Below are positions 21,521 through 33,500 of a stretch of 64,000 nucleotides of DNA, piece after piece (position 1 is the stretch's first letter; each line of letters starts with the position of its first letter). The translations under genes were made by a program, and so were the position numbers. This stretch comes from Malacoraja senta (lineage: Eukaryota). Under the pieces are notes generated by a model. It saw only the letters and a program-made list of their open reading frames with translations. It was not told the DNA's origin and searched no databases. The DNA lies in contig CM075996.1 of NCBI GenBank assembly GCA_038087875.1, forward strand, positions 4,464,001 to 4,528,000, in the 5' to 3' direction.

Positions 21521-24500
21521 TGCTCCAGACTTCTAATGTGGACACAAGCGATTGCAGATGCAGGAATCTGGAGCCAAATCAACTCAAGGCAAACTGCTGA
21601 AGGAACTCAGAAGATCTCAGGCAACATATGTGAGGGGAAAAAGCATCATTGCCCCATGGGCAATGATGCTTCCTTCATTCCAGGGATTATTCTGCTGAAT
21701 CTTTTCAGTACTGCTTTCCAGGCAGATGTTATGATGAAAGCTGTTTTGAATTATCTAGGTATGATCTCATTAAACCACACTGGTAGACATGCAGGACGGT
21801 ATTACTCCAAACCTTATGTGATAAAGGCCAACAAGCCATTTGCCTTCCTGATTACTTTTAACAGTTCATTTTTGTTGTTTACTATTGCATTTCGTTTGAA
21901 TGTCAGATGTAAAATTTCAGAATGTTTGAGTTTGTGAAAGGCCCAATTTGAATATTTTGTTTCTTAAACCCCCCCCCCCCAAAAAAACCTGCTTTATTTA
22001 GAGATATCGCATGGAAACAGGCCCTTCGGCCCACCCAATCCACATCCCCCTGCACACTAGCTCTATGTTATCTCACTTTCTCGTCCAATCACGACACATT
22101 AGGAGCAATCTTAAAGAAACCAATTAACCTACTAATCTGCACATCTTTGGGATGTCGGAGGAAATTGTAGAACCCAGAAGAAACCTATGCAGTTGTAGAG
22201 AGAACATGCAAACTCCACACAGGCAGCATCCATTATCTGATATAAAATATTTATATCAGATAATGTGCTGGTAACATTGGTCTCTTCCACAGTATATCTC
22301 TCCCATATCCTTGTAGTTTAAATGCCTGTCAGTGTATGCCTTGAATATGTTTAGTGATTCTGACTCCACAATTCTCTAAGGTGCACAATTCCAAAGATTC
22401 CATGTAATATGTTCACATTTCTGTTCTACTAGATAAGAATTTCACTGTTTCATTTCGCGACATGACAAAAACTCATGACTGTTGACTTGACCTGACCCTT
22501 TGAGACGAGAGATTTCTCTCCATCTACATCTAAGATAGGCAACACTTTATTCTGAAACTATGCTCCCACAAGAGAAAATAACTTCCCATCTTCCAGTTAG
22601 GCATTCTCCTCAGAATATTTTCTTTCATTATAATCATGTATTGTTTGTGAATGATGAGTATAGATCTAACCTATTCAACCTTTCTTCGTGCACCAATCTC
22701 CTCCCCCAGAAATCATTCCAGATAGCTACCTTTGTAGTGGCAGCAATATCCTTGAATGTGGAGACTACAACTGCATAATACTCATTTGTGTAGGAAAGAA
22801 CTGCAGATGCTGGTTTAAATCGAAGGTAGACACAAAATGCTGGAGTAACTCAGCGGCTCAGGCAGCATTTCTGGAGAGAAGGAATGGGCGACGTGTCAGG
22901 TCAAGACCCTTCTTCAGAGCTTGCTTTTGCTTGCTTCTCACTCCGTCTAGAATCGTTGAAGCAAATCACAGTACTTTTGTAACCTTAGTACCCAGTCCAG
23001 TTGCAGTGTTTTGACCCGAAACACCGGCTCTACCTTTTTGAACCACAGACACTGCTCAACCTACTGCCTTCCTCAGGCAGATTGTATGTTGCTCCATATT
23101 CTAGCATCTGAAGACTCTTGTGTCTCCATTGTACATCAGTCTGAGGAAGGGTCTTGACCCTTTTCTCCAGAGATGCTGTCTGACCCGCTGAGTTACTCCA
23201 ACATTTTGTGTCTACGATTTAAGCCAGCATCTGCAGTTCCTTCCTACACATTTAATATAAGCCAATGTCAGTCATCGAAGAATGTGTCCTTTATAAGCCA
23301 TTCAGTCAGGTTATGAGTTGGTGGGCTTGTTTTTTGTGGCTTATTTAACAAAGCAGTAGTTTTCAGGAGAAGTCAATTCTAATTGTCACGAACAGAGAAA
23401 ATGCCCAAATTGCAGCATCATCTCTGAATAAAAATCGTTATGTCTCCGGTGCATGGAGGTTTGTTACATAATGTAAATAATTGCATTGAATTAAAAATTC
23501 CAGTCAGCAGTGCAATTTCCTGGTGTTTCTGATGGGGGAAATTACCTAAACGTCTCCATTGCAGTTGGGAATTGTGGCGTTACTGTTAATGAGCAATAGG
23601 TCCCGAGTCAGCATGTAAATTAAAAGGTCATTATGGGTCTCCAGACATTTGTTTTATTTATGTCCTTTCATCGTAAGACCTCCATAGAAGCTGATTGTAT
23701 GGAAAATGAGAAGCTATGATCACATACAAGACTAAAGGTAAAGTTTGATTACAGGAGAGGGAAAGTGTGTATTCACAGTGCTGGGGACTGTTTAGCCCAT
23801 TGCATCTGTGTTATATCTTTGAAAAGGCTGTCCCAACTAATCCTTCCCCTTCCTATTTTTCCTTCCATAGCTTTGCAGGCCTTTATTTCCATGCTACCAG
23901 CACTGTACCTAACATCCAGAGTTCTTTGACTAACTGCATGCACATTGTATACCCAGTGAACAGGACCAGAGAAATCAATATTTAATTGTCAATAGATTCT
24001 TCTTGATTTTACTTTTAAATGATTAAATCTTTCACTAGATTAAAGTTAGAGTCTTTAACTCCATGGTTAGCTGCTGTTGCAATAAGCTACTGTGCAGGTA
24101 GGTTCTTTAAACCACTCTGCTATGTCCTTGTAAGGAGGCCTGTCAGATTTATAGTAAACAAAAGCCTAGCTTTGCCTGCTTTGTTGCCTACATGAAGCGG
24201 TCTTTGTTTCAAGTCGACTCCGGCACCATTCCCCAATTCCTTCGCTACTGCATCAATGTTTGCATTGGTGCTGCCTCCAGCAATGGTGCAGAATTCCTCA
24301 ATTTCATCAGCTTTACCACTCACTTCTACCTTGCCCCCAAATTTATTTGGACCATTTCTGATACCGCTTTCCCTTTTCTTGACCCCTGTCTCCATCCCAG
24401 ATGACAAACAATCCACTAATATCAATGACCCCCACAGCTAGCTCCCATGATTGTAAGGACACCGTCCCTTTCAGTTTTTCTGTCTCTGCTTCGTCCGTTC

Positions 24501-27500
24501 TCGATGAGTCTGAAGTGTCCCCCTTTTTTCAGGAAACTCGACTCCTCTCCCCCACTGTGATTTGACCAAGCCCTCATCTGTATTTCATCTATGTTCTGCA
24601 CTTCTGCTCTCACCCAATCTCACCTAGACAGAACAGGGGGAGATTTCCCACAGTTCTTGCCTTTCACTCCACCAGTCTCTGCATGCAGCACTTAATTCTT
24701 CAACAAGGGCATAGATCACCTTTTCCACTTGACTAGGCTTCTGCCCGAAACGTTGCCTATTTCCTTCGCTCCATAGATGCTGCTGCACCCGCTGAGTTTC
24801 TCCAGCACTTTTGTCTTCCTTCGATTTTCCAGCATCTGCAGTTCCTTCTTAAACACTTTTTCCACTTGACCCCCTGTGTCTGCTCTAGCATTTTACCTAT
24901 TACCATGAGTGTTGCATTCCTATATCAACCCCATATTCCTAGATTCCCTTTGATGAAAAAAATCTATCTTGACAGTGTCTGGCATCTGAGTAATTACAGC
25001 CCTCCTTGGTGGAAAATTGGCACAGTGGCGCAGCTGATAGACATCTGGGTTCGATCCTGATGACAGATGCTGTCTGTGTGGAGTTTGCATGTTCTCCCTG
25101 TGACTACAGGGGGTTTTCTCTGCATGCTCTTTTTCACATTTTTCCTGGTGCAGTGGATGGAAGATGCCAGTACCAGATTCTCCAATACGTCATCTTGAGA
25201 TTTTAAAACTAAAATGTCTGATGGACAGTAAATGCTTGCGTCTTTAGTGATGCCAGCAACAAAGAAATCCTTAATAATTATAAAAAGTATCATTCTGTCA
25301 TCTACGTTATTTCTTCAAGCAACATAATTGCAAAGTGCAACAGTAATGTTTTGATGAGTGCTCTTTTAACTAGTTTGCTATTTGCTGCAGTGGATCTGGT
25401 ATGTCCTCTTTATAATAAACCCAGTACAATTATGAATGATTATAGGATCTCCTTCTACACATTTCATTTGCCAACATATATTCGATGGTGTTCTGCCACA
25501 GTTGATCTCTAGTTCTGTGCAAGAAATATATTCTCTTGGAAGGGAGAATAATCTTTGTATGCATGTTCCTAGTGAACATATTTTCAGAAAATCTTGCATT
25601 TTTTATTTTGTTTCCTTGCACGGTAGTTCTCATCTCTTGAGTGCCCCATTTTAATTGTTCCATCATTAGATATTTGTCTGCAGCTACCTAGAACTCCAAG
25701 CTATTAATTTTCTTCAGTACACAAATTGTGACCACAAATTTCACTGTACCAATTGGTACATGTGACAATAAATGTCTCTTGTCTTACTTCTGTGCATCAC
25801 TCTCTTGCTTCTAACTGATCTCATAATCCATCTGTCCTAATAGCTCCTTACTCAGGGTTTGGTAACATAGTAGTTAAGAACTGAATTAATAAGTTGGAGA
25901 TGTTCAGATCCTTCCATGCTATTTAGAAATTTAAGTTCATGTGCCTTTGTCCTTGTGCAAGCTCACAGAATGTAATTAACGTATCCTCTGAAATGGCCCA
26001 GCAATCTGCATTAGCTGTATTAAAAGCCCTATGGTGTACTATCTCCCATTCTCGTTGTTTCGACAATGCATTGGAATTGGACACTAATCATTGACATGTC
26101 TTAAAGTGTCTGTCATCTGTGGAAAAAGTGTACAAAACCAAGTGCACACTGTGAAAAGCAGCTGCATAAAACAGGACTTGGCAATTCATAGGACAGGATC
26201 TGGCAAATGTAGCCTGGGAACAAGTACATGCAGTGAGGACGGCAACAAGTTAGTCATTCAAAGGTCAAATATTGAAAGCACAATGCCGATGTGTTGCCAT
26301 AAGGGTGAAAGTTAAATTATGTAAGTCTCAGGAACCCTGGGGTTGTGGTATTCAGAGAGCTGTATATAAAATAAAAACAAGGAAGACAAATGGCAGGTAT
26401 TGAGAAGTAAAAGCAAGGGAGGCAATCCGGCAGCATAGACAAGGGGGTGCTTTAAAGGGATATTAGGACGACAAACAGGGGGCATAAAATATCACTGCAG
26501 GCAAGATGGAAGAAAATCCCAAAACATAAGGGTGAGAGGGTAACCGGGGACCCAGTAGAAACCAAAATCCCAATCTGTGGAGCCAGAGGACAAGTTGGTT
26601 TTAGTTTCGCATTGTCACGTGCACTGAGACACAGTGAGAAACTTTGTTTGTATGCTATTCAGATATATCACCCATACGTGAGTACAATCTAACCATACAT
26701 GACTGCAATAGGCTGTGTAAAAAGAGAAAGGAAACAATGGAGAAATAGCATGACAGTTACAAAGCAAGTACAGATACATAGAGTGAGTGAATCTTAAGTG
26801 AGGTCTATCCCAGCACCATCTCCCCACCAAAGATTCCCCCTCAGCAACATGTCCTCCTTTACCCCCCCCCCCCCCCTCCCCCCAATCAATTCATTAGCTA
26901 CTGAAACCATTTTCTACACCTTTGCCATTTTAAACCTTGACTATTGTGGAATTCTTTTGCCCCTGCCTCTTATCTTCTTGTTCATAATTTTTGAATCATT
27001 TTAACACTCTGCTGCCAATGTCCAAATTTACACATTACCCATGTTTTAACTGACCCATTTAGACTGTTGTTTCAGCCATGTTTCACTTGAAAAGTGCTTG
27101 CCTGTGTTTTCAAATCTCTCCAACTTTGCACCTTATTTTCTCTGTGATTTCCTCTTGTCAAGCAACCTTCCAAGAACTCAAGAGCTCTTTCTTTCCTGGC
27201 CTTTATTTTAATCACTTCCTTTGCTACCTGTGCCACCAGCGATCAGGGCATTCAGTTATGGCGTTTTCTCTTTAAACTTCTCTCAACTTTTGTATTCTTT
27301 GTCGCCAGTGTTTTACTACTATCTACAAGGCACCAGTCAGGAGTACAGTATGATGGATTATTTTCTGCTTGCTGGATGAGTGATTCTCAAGAAACTCAAC
27401 ATGCGTGACAAACTCCCAAGATCTTCAACATTACGTATGACAAAGAACCTATTCAATTCCTTAATAGAGGAAGGAGGCAAGCAGATACCCACACTTAAAT

Positions 27501-30500
27501 TTCATGCCTTAGGACATTCCAAGATTCCTGTGACAATGAAATACTTTTGAACTGCTGGGTTATTTAGATCAGAATTGTGGCAGTAAACTAGCACACAGTG
27601 AATATCTCCAAATGTGATAATGAGCAAATATTCTGTTTTAGTGCTGCTGATTGAGGGATAACTATGAGTCGGGATACTTGGGAATATCCTCAGGATACTG
27701 AGGAAGAAACTCAGTTCATCACATGGGAGCAGTGGACCACCAGCAGTCTTGGCTGTATGTTTTAACATAGACACAAAATGCTGGAGTAACGCAGCATCTC
27801 TGGATAGAAGCAACGGGTGACGTTTCGGGTCGAGACCCTTCTTCAGGCTGAGAGTCAGGGGAGACACAGAGATAAGGAAGTGTAAGGTGTGAAATTGAGA
27901 CATCAAAGGGGATGTCAATCAGGAAAATGTAGAATAGATCATTGTTAGCTAGGAGATCTTGTTTTGTAATTGATGTGAACAAGGGTCTGGATACTTAATA
28001 ATGTAATTAGGGGTTAGTTAAGGCAGATTCCTTTTTGATCTTATTTTTCCTGCATAATTAAGCTACCAAATGATTTGAGCAGTGTTATTTTTAAACTAAT
28101 TATGTGCAAAAGCTGTGCATTCAATCACTCTAATTGGTTCTTTGAACCAGGCTCTATAAGATTTTTGTTTCTTTTAGACAAGCATCTCCTTTCCATACCT
28201 TTGAGAGTTCATAAATATCATTGTTTTGTGTTGTGATGATCAAATCTAGGCAGAATACCCCAGTGGTATATTTGACATTACAGTGAGGTTTTCCTTGGCT
28301 GTTTCTTGTCAGAAAGCCAGTCACTATATCTGGACTTTCAGCATACATTGGGCTCTGTGGAGTAGAGTCTAGAAACAGCAGTTAATGTTTTGTTTTCTCA
28401 GCATGATTCTTCTAAATGGGGGAGAGAAGTACCAAGAACTGACAGTATCAAGAATCAGGCAGTATCGATTTGTGCGCACCATGGAAAGAACAGCAGTACG
28501 TGTACATTGATCCACTCTGACCTGCTTGGCCTTGTAGTGTTACCCTCTTTATGCACTGCATGTTTACCAGTGTATTTAGTCTTCTGAGATTATACTTCAT
28601 TTCCAAACTCTGGGACATAATGCTAGTTCTTCGACATTCCCTTGAGCAAGGATGATTGATTACCTTCCATTTTGGTTGTGAGGAGGCTGAAGAATTCATA
28701 GACTCTGTCGCAGGTGGACATGAGATTTTGATGAAGCAGATAAGTAGCATAGGAGCTGGTGCATGCTCCTGACTGAAAGAGTCCAGATTTTTAAATGGTC
28801 AAGATCCAGGAATTACCCTGAGTTGTGTGAAGTTTTTGCTGTATCCTCCTGGTGATCTCTTGTTATCCTGTATTTTGAGTAGTGTGCCAGGTTCAGGAGT
28901 CTGGTATGAGGTATGTAAGTGATACAGCCTGCCCATGGGAGCTGTTGAGTGTCATTCAAGCTGTGATGCTGACTGGACATGTTGGTTTGGGGAGGAAACT
29001 GATGTTGATTCATTTCTCCTGCAAATGGATTTTGAAGATTTTGGGAAGCAGATTTGTATGCTATACCTGCGCACCAAAGCCTGGTATCCAACTATCTTGG
29101 GTCTATTTACGATCAGATGAAGACCAATGTCAAGTGTACGTGATAGCCAGTGAGAGAGATTAATGCATGAGGTTTTGCTATTCAGTGTCAAGTTTGGAAC
29201 CTGGAACATCCTACCGCTCCTGATAAACCTGAGCATCATTCCTCATAATTGCCCAGGATCTTAGCTGCCCTGATATTAACATCACCATCCTGCGTGATTC
29301 TCTAAGTCAGGAGCTTGTTAGCTGAGAGAACATGGCAGGAGATTCCAGAAAGGGAAATGCAACAGGAATGCAGTCCTTGCAGGGTGTTGAACTCTTGAAA
29401 TTAAAAAAAAAAAGTTATTTTAGTTCCCCAAGAGATAAGTGAGAACCTCAGGACTCTGACCTGCTATCACAGAACCAGCACAATGCACTTTCAATTCCTT
29501 AATATGGAAAGGAGATAAGCAGGCACCCGCACTTGCATTTTACCCTCACGTGTGTACCAGGCTTTGAAACTCCAGGGGAGGCCAGGGAGAACTTTAAAGA
29601 CCAGGGCCAAGTCTCAGATGGAGAAGGATTCCTCCTGAGCCTTTTCAATTCCAGGGTTGGAAAGGATGCAAATCTCGAAAGGTGTGATGGGCAAAGAAGG
29701 CGTAGGGAAAGTTAACTCCAGTGAAGCTGGCCCCTGATGAAATTCTTGGAACACAGACTTATTTATTATTGTTCTGCATTTTCCTACATAAATCATTCAT
29801 GCCCACCCTTTTCTTGAATTACAATGAGTTGACATATGGCATGTAATAGAGCCCCTTTATTTATGTTCCATTTCGTGTGTTTTCCAGGTAACCATCTGGT
29901 TCAGAGACCAGTTATGGTAACAATATCTTGCAGACCTGTGGATAAATTACAAAATGATGCCCTGCTGAAGTAACTGAGTGTGTTGCATTGTCTAATACTT
30001 TTGGTTGAGAATTTGAAATCGGGACTCAATTTTTGTACTTGGCTGGATGGGAAAGGTTGCACGTTACAATTTTGAAGAAGATTAGTGGAATAGAAACCAT
30101 TATCCTGACTGACTAACTATATCCCTCAACCACCATTATTTGAAGGTCAGGTGTTCTGGTCACGTTCTCTTTGAGAAGTTTTATTTGTGATAAGGCACTT
30201 CAAGGTTGATCTGAGGATGTGAAAGGTCTGAAAGAGTTGTAATTCTTTCATAAAGTGTCTTTTAAGTTCCTGGGAGCCATCATCTCCAAGGACCCTAAGT
30301 GGGGGGCGACTATCGACTCCACAGTAAAAAAGGCACAACAGAGGATGTACGTCCTACGGCAGCTGAGGAAGCACAAACTGCCACAGGCAATGATGGTCCA
30401 ATTCTACACGGCCATCGTAGAGTCTGTCCTCACCTTCTCCATCATGGTCTGGTTTGGCTCAGCCACCAAGCACGACACCTGGAGGCTGCAGCGAATCGTC

Positions 30501-33500
30501 CGATCAGCTGAGAAGGTTATTGGCTGCAACCTTCCCTCCATTGATGAACTGTACACTGCAAGGGCCAGGAAGCGAGCGGGCAAGATCATCTCTGACCCCT
30601 CTCACCCTGGCCACACACTCTTTGAATCACTTCCCTCTGGAAGGCGACCCCGGATTGTAAAAGCTGCCACAGCCAGACATAAAAACAGTTTTTATCCACG
30701 AGTAGTTGCTCTACTCAACAGCCAAAAATCTGTAGCCTCCCTTTGATCCGGTATTTTGTTGGTTCACATGCTTGATCAATGGTGTTTTATCATTAATGTT
30801 TTATTATTATTAATGTTTAGTGTTTTCTGAGTCATTCGTAACTGTCAATGTATGTCATATTGTTACTTGTGGGCGGAGCACCAAGTCAAATTCCTTGTAT
30901 GTGAATACTTGGCCGATAAACTTACTTACTTAAAAGCAAAGGTATGTTAATCTCTGACCTACCTTGTTTCTGTAAGGTTGGATTTTTAAAATATAAAAGA
31001 TATTAAGTTAAATCTGGCAGCACTTGCTTTCGTGATGCTCAGGATGTGTTTCACCAGAATCACATGACTCCAGACATCATTGCAATGTCGGTGCAAACAT
31101 GCATTTTAGAGCTGAATTCCAATGGCGCGATGATATTGACTATCCTGAACATGAAGACAGTGTTTGAACAATTGTCGTTTCATTGATGTCTGCTAATGTT
31201 GTCAATGGGCATCAAGTGGAAGCTCCTCCAATGATTGGAGTAGCACCTTGCTTGAAGGAAGATGGTTGTGGTGGGGTTGGTCAATCATTGCCGTCTCAGA
31301 ACATTGCTGCGTAAGTTCCTATGCCCAGTCATCTTCAGATGATTCATGAATGAGGATACTTCCTGATTACAAAATGTTGAATTTGTTTCGTAAAATACTC
31401 AGCAAATAAAGTAATGTATTCCCACGTGCAGGTGGATCTAAGATTACTTTTGAACATTAGGTAATAATTTGTTTATTATAAAAATGCAGTGATAATTTCC
31501 AACAAGAGTAAGTAACCACACCCACGATATTCAGTGCTTTATCCAGCTTTAACATTAACCAGAAACCCAATTGGACCTCCCTTAAAAAACTGGCCACAGC
31601 AGGCACGATAACCAGTTTAGCCAAGTGACTTATCGCCTGACATCAAAGCCTTTGCACCATCAACAATGTAGAAGTCGTGGTGAAATACTGTCCATTTATC
31701 GAGGTGAGGGCAGCTCCAACAATCAAACCTCAATACCATTACAGGATGGGGCAGGCTGCTTGACTGGTACTCCATCCACCATCTACAACGTTGTCCCCTC
31801 CACTGCTGTTGTTATGTATGACTCCACTGGTTATCATCTATAATAAACTGCACTGCAATTACTCATTTAAGCTATATTGAGAGCAATTCCAAACTCCCTT
31901 TTTGTATCAAGGAGGGCAAGGATAACAGGACAAGGGGCGGTGAAGCGGTAGAGTTGCTGTCTTACAGCACCAGAGAAGGGTTTTGACCCTGATTATGGGA
32001 GCTGTCTGTACAGAGTTTGTATGTTCTCCCTGTGATTGCGTAGTGCCCCGGTTTCCTCCCACATTCCAAAGATGCGCAGGTTTGTAGCTTAATTGGCTTC
32101 TGTAAGTTGTCCCTAGAGTGTAGGCTAGAACTAGCGTACAGGTGATGGTTGCTTGGCGTGGACTAGGTGGGTCGAAGAACGTGGAAATAGGCCCTATCTC
32201 TAAACTGAACCAAGAACATGGGAGCATCAGTACTTGCAGGCTCCTCTCCAAATTGCATGGCATCCTGACTTGGAAAAAATATTGCTGCTGCTCTACCATT
32301 ACCTAGTGGAAATTCTTGAACTCTTTTTGCAACAACACTGTTGGAATGCTATCACTAGGATGACTGCAGGAGTTCAAGGGAATGGCATGCAACCTTCTCA
32401 AAGGAATTTAGGGAAGGACTGCAATGCCCAGACCCAAAGAATGACTAAAATAAGAGGGGGTGGGAGATTGCAACCTTCACGTGGTCCACCCTGTTTCGTC
32501 GAATGCAATCAACCTGGCGTGCACAAACAGAAGATCAAACAGAACAAGTTGTCTTGCAACTTTAGGCTGTGCACGCCATACGCAAGAAGAAGAAGTAAAA
32601 TAAGAGGGTTCACCAGACTTGGTATGGAGAAGGAAAATCAAATTCCTGATACTAATATCTATACTTCAGATATTGCTTATTAGATATAGATCTAGGACAT
32701 CAGTGTATGGCATGGATATAACAGTTTAACATGAGAGGATTACCCAAGAATATGACCATCAAGTATAAGCTATCAAAAGGTACCTGATGGTGTCCTTGGA
32801 GTCATATCCAAGTGCCTGTGTGAATATCAGCAGGAGGGAAGGAAATCCCGCCTTGTGAGACGAAACAATGAAAATATTGCAAAGGGAAAATTAGTGTAAA
32901 TGTTTTCTGGCAGACAATCATCCGTGCAATGTTACAATCTATAAAAGAATGAAGTGTTTGCTAAATATTAGGCATAACAGGACTCGGAATAGCTATGCCT
33001 TGCTAATCCTTTAAATCATTTAAGGTGGTCTCATGTGCTTTCCTTTTTTTAATAGAACAGGCAACAGATGGATCTTTGCAAGCCGAGGATTGGGGCGTCA
33101 ACATAGAGATATGTGATATCATCAATGAAACTGAGGAAGGGTGAGTAATACAGTAGAATGCAATATAGCACACCCTTCAAATGCCCGATAATACTGTGCT
33201 ACATCCACTGTATAAGGATTGTAAAGAATGCTAATGCTGTTGGGAAGCTTTTAATTGGTAGTTGGTGAGAATATTTCCTTTGATGGAACAATGAAATACT
33301 TACTTGCAGCAGCACAACATATGTAAACATAGTACTCTGTAAACCCCATATTAAACACCAAAAAAGTTCAGTATATAAAAGTACAAACAGTAATAGTTGC
33401 AAAGACAAAAACATTGCCTCTAAGTCTGTGTAGTTTGGAGCTTAGTTGGAGGCTGTAGTGTTTGATAGCCAGATGGTTGTTGGGAAGAAGCTGCTCCTGA

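Noticed and set aside
20238-21937. Several 70-170 aa ORFs around the TOM1 promoter and in introns generally
   Set aside because: No recognisable domains; explained by GC-rich or repeat-derived sequence.
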